64,000 nucleotides of DNA. Origin: Candidatus Bathyarchaeia archaeon (GTDB taxonomy: Archaea; Thermoproteota; Bathyarchaeia; Bathyarchaeales; Bathycorpusculaceae). A model generated the notes under the pieces. The model had not been told where the DNA came from, searched no databases, and saw nothing but the letters and a program-made list of their open reading frames with translations. How positions within the stretch are numbered: the stretch's first letter is position 1; every line of letters begins with the position of its first letter. The stretch is from assembly GCA_049515895.1 (NCBI GenBank), contig JBEKTQ010000002.1, forward strand, positions 32,001 through 96,000, read 5' to 3'. This document shows, piece after piece, positions 19,097 to 29,214 of the stretch. The position numbers and the translations under genes are program-made.

Positions 19097-19195
19097 ATGG
19101 CAAAACCAGCTAAAATGACAAAAGCGGAAGAAGAAAAGAAAAAGAAAGCCTACTACAGCAAGAAAGAGAAAAAAGCTAAAGAAGTTAAAAAGTAG
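19097..19195 (+). CDS. Putative 32-aa Lys-rich microprotein
   Basis: MAKPAKMTKAEEEKKKKAYYSKKEKKAKEVKK*, read directly; AT-rich TATA-like sequence upstream. Confidence 0.5.
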   Translation: MAKPAKMTKAEEEKKKKAYYSKKEKKAKEVKK

Positions 19196-19964
19196 CTTTT
19201 TTGCTTAAGAAATTAGGTAGAGCTCTCTGGTCGTGCATAGGGTTGAAGCTCTTCAGCTCGTCTTTTGTTAGTGGTAACACTATTCTGGACACCAATCCGT
19301 TTAGGCTGTAAGGTAGCCGTATGAGACGCATTTCTCCAGAAGTAACCCACTCGTCAATGTGTAAGCCTTCTTTCTTCACCTGATGCGCAATCTGTAACCT
19401 TTCTTGAGTTTTTAGCCCGTAAGCTTGCGGGTCCAAAACATGAAGATGAAAGCCTCTGCCTGAATAAACAGCCTTAACCTCAGAAAAGCGTGTTGAAAGA
19501 AACTCATGTAGTCGTATCGCTTCCGCCTTAGCCATATCCAATTCTAATTCGCAGAAACTCAGCCCTTGCTGCCGACTCATCTTGTCCGCTAAGGTGCCAT
19601 GGATTGGGCAGGTGATGTTTTCTGGATCAAGGTCAAAAGCTAGCTCTTGCCCCTTTTTGCCTCCGCGTTCATCATAGACATTCCGGTCGTAGTATACCGC
19701 TTCTGGTAAAAACTCAAGTATTTGCCCCCGCACATCTTCCAAATTTGTGTACTCATCAACTATTATTGTCGTAGAAGCGTCTTCCCCGTATTTTTCAGGA
19801 TAGATTTTGGTGTGTCTGCCAATGATTACTGCAAACCTAACCCTGCCCTGTTTAGTGCCAAACCATTGCGCCACCGCTTGCAGGTTGAACTCTGAGGTGT
19901 AAAACTGTTTTCTTTCATCTAATGCAGCGTATCTCATTCCAAATGGCATGTAGTATTGACTCAT
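19185..19964 (-). CDS. Archaeo-eukaryotic primase (PriS-like) catalytic domain protein
   Basis: ELAFDLD; YSGRGFHLHV; RLIRLPYSL; CPIH...C putative Zn site. Confidence 0.85.
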   Translation of the reverse strand: MSQYYMPFGMRYAALDERKQFYTSEFNLQAVAQWFGTKQGRVRFAVIIGRHTKIYPEKYGEDASTTIIVDEYTNLEDVRGQILEFLPEAVYYDRNVYDERGGKKGQELAFDLDPENITCPIHGTLADKMSRQQGLSFCELELDMAKAEAIRLHEFLSTRFSEVKAVYSGRGFHLHVLDPQAYGLKTQERLQIAHQVKKEGLHIDEWVTSGEMRLIRLPYSLNGLVSRIVLPLTKDELKSFNPMHDQRALPNFLSKKATF

Positions 19965-20070
19965 AACAACCACTAAACAAGTAGTCATTCGTCCAAAAAA
20001 GGCTTTATCCAAAACTGAGGCGCAGAAAACCTAATATTTGACACTTGGCTGAGTTTAATTGGTGAAATTT

Positions 20071-20385
20071 TTGCCTATTGACCCTGATTTTCAAACAAAA
20101 CGCCAAGTTGTTGGCGAACATAATGGACACAAAGTTTGGGGACCAGTTGTAGCCCCGCAGAAACTGGGAATTCATGGAACAACAAGCGCTGTGGACTGGG
20201 ATTCATGCGTTGGAGACGGCGTATGCATCGACGTTTGCCCAGTTTCGTTGTATGATTGGGCTGAATCCCCTGGGCACCCGCTTAGTGAACGCAAGTCTGA
20301 CCCAGCGAGAGAAAATGACTGCATACAATGCCTCGCCTGCGAAATGCAGTGCCCGGCTCAAGCGATAAAGATTACTCCCCACTGA
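20071..20385 (+). CDS. zfx: Zinc-containing ferredoxin (Sulfolobus/Thermoplasma type)
   Basis: IDPDF..RQVVGEHNGHKVWGPV..P.KLGIHGT extension; CVGDGVC...CP and CIQCLAC...CP; KSDP. Confidence 0.85.
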   Translation: MPIDPDFQTKRQVVGEHNGHKVWGPVVAPQKLGIHGTTSAVDWDSCVGDGVCIDVCPVSLYDWAESPGHPLSERKSDPARENDCIQCLACEMQCPAQAIKITPH

Positions 20386-20458
20386 GCACCGCAGGATTGT
20401 TCTAAAGTGGCAAGTATTATATTAGCAGACACTCCAAATAATGCTTAGTGCACCGTCT

Positions 20459-21130
20459 ATGAGCAGCGAATCAAACGGCAAAGTTATAACTGTCCTGCCG
20501 AGTGATGCTTCATCAAAAACCACTGATGTTGTGGAAAGCATAATCTCAGCAATTTTGGAAGCAGGCGAAGTTGATGTCGTTGGAATAAACGACGGGATTT
20601 TTCTTGCTTGTTCAGCTGTCAACATGGCGTCGGAAATCGCTAAAGTCTACGTTGAAGACTTATGCATTGGAGTTCTTGAAGCGCCATCGATCGGTAAAGC
20701 GTCCGCTATTTCTGCGCATCTAGGGCAGAAGCAAACGTGGGATTACGCAAAGATAGCTGAACAAGAAGAGAAAGGATTTGAAGACGTCGAAGAGCAAACA
20801 GTCAGCGTAAGCAGGTCAGCGACGTTTGAACGGCTTCTGACAATAAGTCTTTTGCGTCTTGCAAAATCCGATAAAATCAAGATAGTGGCTGCGGGCGGCT
20901 CAATCAACGACGCCGTTTCACTCGCGTTAAAGTTAACCACGGGTCAGATTTCCAAAGATCAAGTGGGGATCAAACTTGTACATCTTTATTCCATAATTAT
21001 GAGAAACGACCCCACAAAAAGCATAGCCGCGGTCTCTATCTACCTTCAAAAAGAGATACGCACAGAATACAGTAAAAGACAAAGAGATCTGTTTAAGAAA
21101 CTGGAAATCAAAAATTTCAACTCAGGTTAA
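20459..21130 (+). CDS. Tandem Alba-like domain protein
   Basis: The second half (KIKIVAAGGSINDAV...VGIKLVHLYS...IAAVSIYLQK) aligns by eye with Alba; the first half repeats the pattern. Confidence 0.6.
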   Translation: MSSESNGKVITVLPSDASSKTTDVVESIISAILEAGEVDVVGINDGIFLACSAVNMASEIAKVYVEDLCIGVLEAPSIGKASAISAHLGQKQTWDYAKIAEQEEKGFEDVEEQTVSVSRSATFERLLTISLLRLAKSDKIKIVAAGGSINDAVSLALKLTTGQISKDQVGIKLVHLYSIIMRNDPTKSIAAVSIYLQKEIRTEYSKRQRDLFKKLEIKNFNSG

Positions 21131-21195
21131 AAACAGCAAAGGCTTAGAAAATCTACCAAAAAACTGAATAAAAAAAGATTTGTGATTTTAAGTGC

Positions 21196-21810
21196 TTACT
21201 TTTGAAGGCTTAGAGTTTTGTTTACTTTGTCCCAGTTGACGACGTTCCAGAAGGCATCAATGAACTTGGGTCGCTCATTCTTGTAGTCTACATAATACGC
21301 GTGTTCCCAGACATCTAGAACCATCAAGATTTTGAAGGTAGCGTAAACGTTAACGTTGTGCTTCTCTATTTGCATTATCAGTGGCCTCTCTATGCACGGG
21401 TGAACCGCTAGGGCAGCCCATCCTGAACCTTCAGTGGTTGCCGCCGCTTTCGTGAATTCTTTCTTGAATTGCTCAAAGCTTCCGAATTCCTTGTTGATCG
21501 CCTCGGCCAATGGGCCTGCAGGTTGTCCTCCGCCGCGTTTGCCAGCGGGCGCCATGTTTTCCCAGAAGATCGAGTGCAAGATGTGGCCGCCAACATTGAA
21601 GGATAAGTCTTTAAGCAACGCTTTCATGTCGGCTTCAACATTTTCTTTTCGCGCCTTGTCCAGTTTTTCGAAATCCGCGTTCGCGCCGTTCACGTAGGCT
21701 TGGTGGTGCTTGTCGTGGTGAAGCTTAAGCTGCGTCTCTGAAATGTAGGGTTCAAGGGCGTTGTAATCGTAGGGCAATTTTGGCAGACTAAAAGATTTTA
21801 CTTTCTCCAT
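21196..21810 (-). CDS. sod: Fe/Mn superoxide dismutase
   Basis: [11 protein letters not shown]; [10 protein letters not shown]; DVWEHAYY. Confidence 0.97.
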   Translation of the reverse strand: MEKVKSFSLPKLPYDYNALEPYISETQLKLHHDKHHQAYVNGANADFEKLDKARKENVEADMKALLKDLSFNVGGHILHSIFWENMAPAGKRGGGQPAGPLAEAINKEFGSFEQFKKEFTKAAATTEGSGWAALAVHPCIERPLIMQIEKHNVNVYATFKILMVLDVWEHAYYVDYKNERPKFIDAFWNVVNWDKVNKTLSLQK

Positions 21811-21937
21811 AAAATTCACCAAAAATCAAACCAAACCAAAGGAGAAAACAACTAATATACTTTACCGTAAACGAAATTCAAGCAAAATCAGATCAGCTTA
21901 TAACCTTCTTTTTGATCTACTATTTACAGTGATTTTT

Positions 21938-22441
21938 ATGACTAAAACTGATGAAAACCTCAAGGACGCATTCGCAGGCGAATCCCAAGCGAATCGTATG
22001 TACTTGGCTTTCGCTAAGAAAGCGGATGAAGAAGGGTTCCCTCAAATTGCTAAACTGTTTAGGGCAGCGGCAGAAGCGGAAACAGTTCATGCGCACAACC
22101 ACTTGAAAGTGATGGGGCACGTGAAATCAACCAGCGAAAACCTTGGCACGGCCATTTCAGGCGAAACATACGAGTTCAAAAAAATGTACCCTGAGTTCAT
22201 CGCCGAAGCCAAGAAGGAAGGAAACAAAAAAGCTGAAACAAGTTTCAATTATGCAAACCAGGTTGAACAGATCCACGCCGCCATGTACCAGAAAGCACTT
22301 GACGCGTTGAAAACCAAGACTCAGCCAGCCAAAGCGGATTACTGGGTGTGTCCAGTCTGCGGAAATACGTTTGAAGGCTCCGCGCCTGATAATTGCCCAA
22401 TCTGTGCTACGCCGAAAGAAAAATTCATGCTGATAAAGTAG
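21938..22441 (+). CDS. rbr: Rubrerythrin
   Basis: AFAGESQA; AETVHA; EQIH; CPVCG...CPIC. Confidence 0.95.
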   Translation: MTKTDENLKDAFAGESQANRMYLAFAKKADEEGFPQIAKLFRAAAEAETVHAHNHLKVMGHVKSTSENLGTAISGETYEFKKMYPEFIAEAKKEGNKKAETSFNYANQVEQIHAAMYQKALDALKTKTQPAKADYWVCPVCGNTFEGSAPDNCPICATPKEKFMLIK

Positions 22442-22575
22442 GAATAACAACCGCATTTTGTTTTTTACTTTTTTCTCTTTGCGTTTTGTTTGGGGCGCTA
22501 TTTTGAGCTGAGCGCTCTTTTTGCAAAGGTAAAGTTAAAAGAAAAGAAATTAGGGTGCAAAAACGATGCAATCTG

Positions 22576-23763
22576 TTAGGCTTTAATTTTTCGTGCGATT
22601 TGCCGCCCAAAATCAAAGCAGTTTTTTAAGTCGTCCACGTCTGGAACATATTTCACTTCGATTGCCGGCTCGTAAACATCGAAACCTGCTTTCTTTGCCA
22701 TTTCAACCATGCCTCGGACTGCGCCGCCGCCCCAGCCGTAGGAGCCGAAGAAGGCCCAGAGTTTTCCCTTAGGCTTCAACCCAGTTATGTAAGTGAGGAA
22801 GGAGCCCAGGGTAGGAAACATTTGGCTGTTCAGCGTCGGCGAACCCACAATGACTGCTTTCGCATCTAGTATTTCGGTCACGATATCGGTGTTGTCAGTC
22901 GCGCGTAGCTTGAGAACTTTAACATCAACGCCTTCGTAGGCTGCCCCTTCTTCAATGGCCCTCGCCATCTTGTCAGTGCTTCCCCACATAGTATCAAAAA
23001 CAATAATGACCTTTTGCGCCGACACGAATGAACTCCACTGAAGGTAAGCGTTAATGATTTTGGATGGATCTTTCCGCCAAATTACACCGTGGTCAGGAGC
23101 GATAATTTCTATTGGAATCCCCATCTGCACGACTTCCTGGACCTTTCGGATGATCAACGACGCAAAGGGCGTCAAAATGTTCGCGTAGTAAGTTTTAGCT
23201 TCCTCCATAAGCACCTGCTGGTCAACCTCATCGTCGAAGCGTCCGCTGCTTGCGTAGTGCTCCCCAAAAGCGTCGTTTGACATCAAGATTTTGTCTTCAA
23301 CAATGTAAGTGAACATGCTGTCTGGCCAATGCAGCATAGGCGTTTCAAGAAACCGCAGCGTGCGCTTACCAAGCTTAAGCTCGTCGCCTGTCTTGACGAC
23401 TTCAACCTTGCTGAACTCCGCGCCGTAATGCTCGATAAGAGCGTCTTTGCCTCTTTGGCACGCGATTATCTTGGCGTTCTTCGCTAGCTTGGCGATTTCG
23501 GGTAGACTGCCTGAATGGTCCATCTCCACGTGGTTAACAATGATGTAATCGATTTTTTCAAAGTTAACTAGCTCTTCGACGTTACGTGCGAGTTCTTCAG
23601 CGAAGTTGCATTTCACCGTGTCGATAAGTGCGGTCTTTTCATCCCTGATGAGATATGCGTTGTAGCTTGTGCCTCGGCTGGTAACGTACCCGTGGAAGTC
23701 CCTTATGTTCCAGTCGACGACTCCAACCCAGTTTATTCCTTCCTTCAAAACAACATTTGGCAT
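22576..23763 (-). CDS. fprA: Flavodiiron protein (FprA)
   Basis: NHVEMDH, HWPD, NDAFG and PDHG motifs plus a flavodoxin domain (TMWGST). Confidence 0.95.
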   Translation of the reverse strand: MPNVVLKEGINWVGVVDWNIRDFHGYVTSRGTSYNAYLIRDEKTALIDTVKCNFAEELARNVEELVNFEKIDYIIVNHVEMDHSGSLPEIAKLAKNAKIIACQRGKDALIEHYGAEFSKVEVVKTGDELKLGKRTLRFLETPMLHWPDSMFTYIVEDKILMSNDAFGEHYASSGRFDDEVDQQVLMEEAKTYYANILTPFASLIIRKVQEVVQMGIPIEIIAPDHGVIWRKDPSKIINAYLQWSSFVSAQKVIIVFDTMWGSTDKMARAIEEGAAYEGVDVKVLKLRATDNTDIVTEILDAKAVIVGSPTLNSQMFPTLGSFLTYITGLKPKGKLWAFFGSYGWGGGAVRGMVEMAKKAGFDVYEPAIEVKYVPDVDDLKNCFDFGRQIARKIKA

Positions 23764-23768
23764 GTTTT

Positions 23769-24212
23769 TTACTCCTTTGTCACGTTTAGCTTGTAGGCTA
23801 TTTTGACGCCTGCCTTCTCGAAAAGTATCCCGACTGGGCACGTTTCAAGCGTTAACTTATGCAGTCGCTCAACCCTATTCTGCGTCGCATCCATCTTGAT
23901 GCTTATGTCAAAGGTTTCTTCGCTTACGGTTCCAGTTTCATCCGATTTCACGGCTTCAACCTTGACTTTGGCGCCTTTGAGCACCAAATGCATCTTCTTT
24001 GCCACTAAAGCAAGAATTGTAACGTAGCAGCCTGCGTGACTCATGAGGCAGAGTTCGAGAGAACTAGGGCCCAACCCTGTTCCGAGGTCAGGCGCGAGAT
24101 CCACAACCGTGCTGTGGGCTTCACCATCGTCAAGCATAATTTGGAAGCCGTCAATCAATTTGGCGTTTGCATAGATTTTCGTAGTCAAACCTTTCATCTC
24201 CAAATAAGACAA
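23769..24212 (-). CDS. OsmC family protein
   Basis: GPSSLELCLMSHAGC...CPV. Confidence 0.85.
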   Translation of the reverse strand: MSYLEMKGLTTKIYANAKLIDGFQIMLDDGEAHSTVVDLAPDLGTGLGPSSLELCLMSHAGCYVTILALVAKKMHLVLKGAKVKVEAVKSDETGTVSEETFDISIKMDATQNRVERLHKLTLETCPVGILFEKAGVKIAYKLNVTKE

Positions 24213-24465
24213 GGAAAAATCAAGGTTTGATGGTTACAATTGTTTATATGGATTGCGTTTACGATTTTTCCGAAGCGGTTAATGCAAGTAAACCTGTTTC
24301 CAATTTCATAGGCGGAGGACAAATTGGTGACTGCTAACGCTCGTCCTAAGCCAGCCTTTGCATGAAACCCTTAGGAAAATCAAAAATCAATATATGCTTG
24401 AGCAATCTGTTTAATAGTGGAATTGCCCAAAAAGAAAGTGGCTGGAGATTTTGGAGGTCTAGCTC

Positions 24466-25110
24466 TTGAGTTTAATCCCAGACGATAAAAAAGAGTTACT
24501 TAAAGCCGACTTTAGTCAGAAACTGGTTGACCCAGTCAAAATCGTCATGTTTACCCAAGAGATTGAATGTCAATATTGTTCCCAAACAAGATCATTAGTG
24601 CAAGAATTGCCCCCTCTAAGCGATAAAATAACATTAGAGGTTCTTGATTTTGTAGCTGACGCAGCCAGAGCCAAAGAATTAGGAATCGACAAGATACCTG
24701 CATTAGCAATTATCGGCAAGAAAGACTACGGCGTGAGAATTTACGGGATACCTTACGGTTACGAACTTCAAACATTGATTGAGGCGATAATCACCGTTTC
24801 AAAAGGAGTAACTGACCTTTCAGAAAATACCAAATCGATTCTCAAAGAGGTCAAGTCGCCAGTTCACATACAAGTCTTCGTAAGCTTAACTTGTCCGCAC
24901 TGCCCAGCAGCCGCCGCGGTTGCCCATAAATTGGCGGTCGAAAGCGAGTTGGTTAAGGCAGACGTCATTGACAGCGGCGAGTTTCCTGATTTAGCCATGA
25001 AGTACAACGTGATTGGCGTGCCCAAAATAATAATTAACGAGAAAATAGAGTTTGTCGGAGCATTCAACGAAGACTTGTTCGCCGAACATGTCCTATTGGG
25101 AGCCTTCTAG
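24466..25110 (+). CDS. Protein disulfide oxidoreductase (PDO, two thioredoxin folds)
   Basis: CQYC and CPHC active sites; GIPYGYE; GVPK. Confidence 0.92.
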   Translation: MSLIPDDKKELLKADFSQKLVDPVKIVMFTQEIECQYCSQTRSLVQELPPLSDKITLEVLDFVADAARAKELGIDKIPALAIIGKKDYGVRIYGIPYGYELQTLIEAIITVSKGVTDLSENTKSILKEVKSPVHIQVFVSLTCPHCPAAAAVAHKLAVESELVKADVIDSGEFPDLAMKYNVIGVPKIIINEKIEFVGAFNEDLFAEHVLLGAF

Positions 25111-25127
25111 ACGAGGCAGGTTAGCGA

Positions 25128-25964
25128 GTGAGCCAACAAACAAAAAGCGAACCTTTGGCTCTGGTGTTTGTTTACAGCAAAGACTTCATGGAACGGGTAA
25201 TCCGCAACTTAATCAACGATCCATGTTTCTGCCAATCATGCGGACTCTATTGCGAATCATGCAAATACAACGTTTACAGTTTCGTTAAGAACGTTCGCGC
25301 GGCCATCCAGCTTCCCAGCCCTGCAGATCTGCCAGCCTTCATAGACAACCCTGAAGAGTTTATGCCTAAGAAACTACCTGAAACTGACGTCTGCTTGGCT
25401 TCAGGTTTGCATAAGGATCTACTTTTGGAGCTGCCTAATCAGCTTAAGAAGGCGGGTATAAAAGCGTTGATTGCCCCCATAGAAGACTGGATTGAAGTGC
25501 CCGTCGGCGTCAGGAAACAGGTTGAGACACGCTGCAAGGAACTGGGGGTTGAATGTGCCTTTCCGAAACCTTTTTGCACGCTTGAGCCGGAGGCGGATAA
25601 GCCTATGATTGCACGCTTCATCGAAGAGACAAAAGTTGGACGCCCCAATCTTGAGATTACTTTGAGAATGGTTGACAAAAAAGAGGTCATTGAATGCGCC
25701 GTGGTTCGGCGAAGCGCTCCATGCGGTTCCACGTGGTACGTAGCTCGAAAATTAGCCGGCGTGGCCACGAAGCGAGAGGAACTCTACGATGCTATCTCGA
25801 AAGCGCATCACAGCTACCCATGCACCGCAGCCATGACGACCGACCCTGAAACCAAAGAACCTGTTCTGCACATCGGCGGCTTCACGATTCGGGAAGAAGT
25901 CGAGAAAGCGATAGAAAAAGAGCGCGCAAGAATTAAAAAAGAAAACGAAAAAATAAATGTCTAA
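25128..25964 (+). CDS. DUF166 family protein with a Cys-rich insert
   Basis: PKPFCTL, RSAPCGSTW and YPCTA motifs; CFCQSCGLYCESC insert. Confidence 0.75.
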   Translation: MSQQTKSEPLALVFVYSKDFMERVIRNLINDPCFCQSCGLYCESCKYNVYSFVKNVRAAIQLPSPADLPAFIDNPEEFMPKKLPETDVCLASGLHKDLLLELPNQLKKAGIKALIAPIEDWIEVPVGVRKQVETRCKELGVECAFPKPFCTLEPEADKPMIARFIEETKVGRPNLEITLRMVDKKEVIECAVVRRSAPCGSTWYVARKLAGVATKREELYDAISKAHHSYPCTAAMTTDPETKEPVLHIGGFTIREEVEKAIEKERARIKKENEKINV

Positions 25965-25994
25965 ACACGGAAAGTCTTTGCGGTTTTCCTGTTC

Positions 25995-26147
25995 TTAGGC
26001 GCCTGCGTATTTTGTTGGGTTTTTGTCAAATGTTGTTTTGCAGGTGGGTGCGCAGAAGTAGTACGTTTTGCCTTTGTAGTCGGATTTGAATTTAGCTTTT
26101 TTCTCGTCAACCACCATGCCGCAAACTGGATCTTTAGCCATAAACAT
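25995..26147 (-). CDS. YHS/TRASH domain copper chaperone
   Basis: KDPVCGM...YYFCAPTC; GGAGGTGA SD. Confidence 0.9.
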   Translation of the reverse strand: MFMAKDPVCGMVVDEKKAKFKSDYKGKTYYFCAPTCKTTFDKNPTKYAGA

Positions 26148-26169
26148 TTTCACCTCCAAAACGTCTAAG

Positions 26170-28281
26170 CTAGTCATTAACTCTCTTTGATTTAAATTTA
26201 GCCAACTTCAACAACGCCGAATTGCTGACTACCGTTAAGCTGCTTATTGCCATTGCTCCAGCCGCATACATTGGGTTAAGCAAGCCAGCGGCGGCAACTG
26301 GAATCATGATTGAGTTGTAGGCAAAAGCCCAGAATAGGTTAGTGTCGATTTTGCGCATGGTTTTCTTGCTGAGTTCAATTCCTAAGGCTACATCCCGCAA
26401 GTCATCCCTTACGAGTACTATGCCACCTGTCTCCTTCGCGATATCTGTTCCGCTGCCAATAGCGATTCCAATGTCAGCTGATGCCAGTGCTGGCGCGTCA
26501 TTTATTCCGTCGCCGACCATAGCCACCACTTTCCCCTCAGCTTGCAACCTTTTTATGACAACGGCTTTTTGCCACGGCAGAACGTTGGCAAAAACCTGTG
26601 TGATCCCCAACTGCTGAGCTACGGCCCGGGCCGTTCGCTCGTTATCTCCAGTTAGAATTGCGACCTCCAAATTCAGAGCTTTCAGCTGGTCCACTGCTTC
26701 GGCAGCACTCTCCTTCGGGGTATCCATAGCAGCAACTAATCCGACACTCTTTCCGTCAACCGCCAGTATCATAACAGTTTTTCCCTGTGTCTCCAACGAT
26801 GTCAAATCAGCTTCTGCTTCGCTGATTGGAACGCCCTTTTCCTGCATTAACTTGCGATTTCCAAGCAGGACCTTCCTGTTTCCGACACTGCACTGAACCC
26901 CCATGCCAGCTAATGCTTCGAAACTATCTGGCTGATTGATGGGCACGTTGTCGGACTCAGCTTTCTTAAGGATGGCTTCCGCCAAAGGATGCTCAGAACC
27001 TTTCTCAGCTGTTGCTGCATACTCAAGCACTGATCTCTCGCTGAATCCCTTGAAGGCTTTAATGTCGGTCACGGTTGGTTCACCCTTAGTCAAGGTGCCA
27101 GTCTTGTCGAAAACTACAGTCGTTAATTTTCTTGCTTTCTCAACATATTCTCCACTGCGGAGAAGAACGCCGTATTCGGCGCCTTTTCCGACACCTGCGA
27201 GAATGGCTGTCGGGGTCGCTATTCCTAGAGCACAGGGGCAAGAGATGAGAATCACAGCCAACAGAACTAGGAATGCTGTTGCAAAGTTGCCGCTTGTGAC
27301 AAACCAGTAGGTAAAAGAAAGGGTTGCTGCTGTCAAGATGATGGGAACAAACCATTTGACAATACGGTCAGCAAATCTTTGAACTGGTGCGCTTGAAGCC
27401 TGGGCTTCTTCAACAAGATGCACAATTTGTGAGAGGGCTGTCTGGTCGCCGACCCGTGTCGCTTTAATTGTCAGAAGCCCAGTTTTGTTGATAGTGGCGC
27501 CGACGACTTCGCTTCCGACGGTTTTTTCTACTGGAATGCTTTCGCCTGTGAGCAGTTTCTCATCAACTGCCGAGTACCCAGAAGTTACAAATCCGTCGAT
27601 CGGTATTTTTTCGCCTGGCTTAACAATTATTATATCGCCTACCTGCACCTGGTCAATTGACATGTCGGTTTCTTTGCCGTCCCTGACGACCCGTGCCATA
27701 GTTGGTTGAAGTTCGAGCAGTTTTCGTATTGAGGCGGCACTGCGTCTTCGAATTAATTCTTCGATGTATCTACCTAACAACACGAAGGCCAGGATGCCGA
27801 TTGCTACTTCCATGTAACCTGAGCCTGGCTGTGCGGCAGTGGGAAGGAAGAAGACATTTATTACTCCGTAAATCCAACCTGCGAGAACTCCGACAGTGAC
27901 CAATACATCCATGTTTATGTTGCGGTTTCGAAGCGACTGATACGCACCTTTGTAGATTCTGTAGCCAGCAATCCAAACAATAGGTGTTGACACAATGAAA
28001 ACAGCTATGTCGTAGACTCTTAATTCCCCGACTACGTCAAAATACATTATCGCTGTTATGAGACCGAACAGTGTAATCACTTTCAAGGCAAGGGCTGCCA
28101 CTGCGCCAGTTAATGTAAATGTAACTCGACGTTGCATTGCTTTTAGCTCGCGCTCTGGTGAAGTGTAGACGTCGAGACACTGTTGGCTACAGAAATAGTA
28201 GGTTCGGTCACCTATTTTGGCACTGAGAGCTGTTTCTGTGTCAACATCCATCCCGCAAACGGGATCTCGTACAGTTACCAT
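26170..28281 (-). CDS. copA: Cu(I)-translocating P1B-type ATPase with N-terminal YHS domain
   Basis: DPVCGM; TGES; CPC; DKTGT; SEHP; GDGIND; YN; MAISS. Confidence 0.93.
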   Translation of the reverse strand: MVTVRDPVCGMDVDTETALSAKIGDRTYYFCSQQCLDVYTSPERELKAMQRRVTFTLTGAVAALALKVITLFGLITAIMYFDVVGELRVYDIAVFIVSTPIVWIAGYRIYKGAYQSLRNRNINMDVLVTVGVLAGWIYGVINVFFLPTAAQPGSGYMEVAIGILAFVLLGRYIEELIRRRSAASIRKLLELQPTMARVVRDGKETDMSIDQVQVGDIIIVKPGEKIPIDGFVTSGYSAVDEKLLTGESIPVEKTVGSEVVGATINKTGLLTIKATRVGDQTALSQIVHLVEEAQASSAPVQRFADRIVKWFVPIILTAATLSFTYWFVTSGNFATAFLVLLAVILISCPCALGIATPTAILAGVGKGAEYGVLLRSGEYVEKARKLTTVVFDKTGTLTKGEPTVTDIKAFKGFSERSVLEYAATAEKGSEHPLAEAILKKAESDNVPINQPDSFEALAGMGVQCSVGNRKVLLGNRKLMQEKGVPISEAEADLTSLETQGKTVMILAVDGKSVGLVAAMDTPKESAAEAVDQLKALNLEVAILTGDNERTARAVAQQLGITQVFANVLPWQKAVVIKRLQAEGKVVAMVGDGINDAPALASADIGIAIGSGTDIAKETGGIVLVRDDLRDVALGIELSKKTMRKIDTNLFWAFAYNSIMIPVAAAGLLNPMYAAGAMAISSLTVVSNSALLKLAKFKSKRVND

Positions 28282-28339
28282 AGATTTTCTCACTTAAGCT
28301 TAAGAATATTGGAAATTATGTCCATATAAATGTGTCTGA

Positions 28340-28355
28340 AAAAGATATATCTTTT
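28340..28355. promoter_or_regulatory. 16-bp perfect palindrome upstream of the copA TATA box
   Basis: AAAAGATATATCTTTT, about 10 nt upstream of minus-strand TTTATATG. Confidence 0.45.
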
Positions 28356-28465
28356 AACCGTCAAAGCACGGGAAAAAGCAACAGCGATATTGCTTATTTT
28401 TGAAAATTAATCCTCTTTTCTTACCGCAGATGGTCTAAACAGCACGCTACCCGTTTGGCGAGTGC

Positions 28466-28741
28466 CTATTCAACCCGCTTAATTATGTGGTACCCGAACT
28501 GAGTCTTAACAGGTTCAGAAGTCTGCCCTTTCTCAAGAGCGAAAGCAGCCTTTTCAAACTCTTTAACCATCTTGCCCTTTGTGAAAGTGCCTAGGTCTCC
28601 GCCATTCTTTGCAGATGGGCATTGAGAGACATTTTTGGCTAACGCGCCGAATTTTTCGCCCTTATCGAGACGAGCTTTTATGTTTTTTGCTTCTGTCTCT
28701 GTCTTGACGAGTATGTGTGCACAGTGAATTTTGTCTACCAT
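28466..28741 (-). CDS. ppiC: Parvulin-type peptidyl-prolyl isomerase
   Basis: HILVK; SQCPS; GGDLG; MVKEFE; TQFGYHII. Confidence 0.93.
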   Translation of the reverse strand: MVDKIHCAHILVKTETEAKNIKARLDKGEKFGALAKNVSQCPSAKNGGDLGTFTKGKMVKEFEKAAFALEKGQTSEPVKTQFGYHIIKRVE

Positions 28742-29214
28742 AACCGCATTACTCATTAGTTTTGACATATAACTGTTACCCGCGCAAACTAACTAATTTG
28801 CCCTTAAGGACGTCGAAATTTTGGAGGTTAAATGCCAAAAGTAGACTTGGGAAATATGCATGAAGATGTTAAAACGCTCCGCGTCTTTTTCTATAGCACT
28901 TCGAAGTTCGAAGTTTGCGCCAACATAATTGTTATAACAAAAGCAACTAATATCAAGGGTCATGGCAACCTCAATTCCCCTCAAAAACATAGAAGAAGAA
29001 CAAAAGACTGACGGCGCGATAGTGGAGCAGATTTCAAAAATCATTAGATTTCTATGGAACATTGAAGATTGAGCTTGCATAATAAATGAAAAGCAAATAT
29101 CAAAGTATATATGATTTTTACAAAGAAAAAATCAAGAATTAACTAAAAGAAGGGAATAATCTCTCATTTTCCGTTGCTGAGAGATATGCGCGTTATTAAT
29201 CTTAAGCCTCAGGT

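Noticed and set aside
24310-24352. Weak hairpin with TGGTGACTGCTA resembling a fluoride riboswitch 3' end
   Set aside because: The 5' GGCGATGG element is missing and there is no fluoride-related gene downstream.
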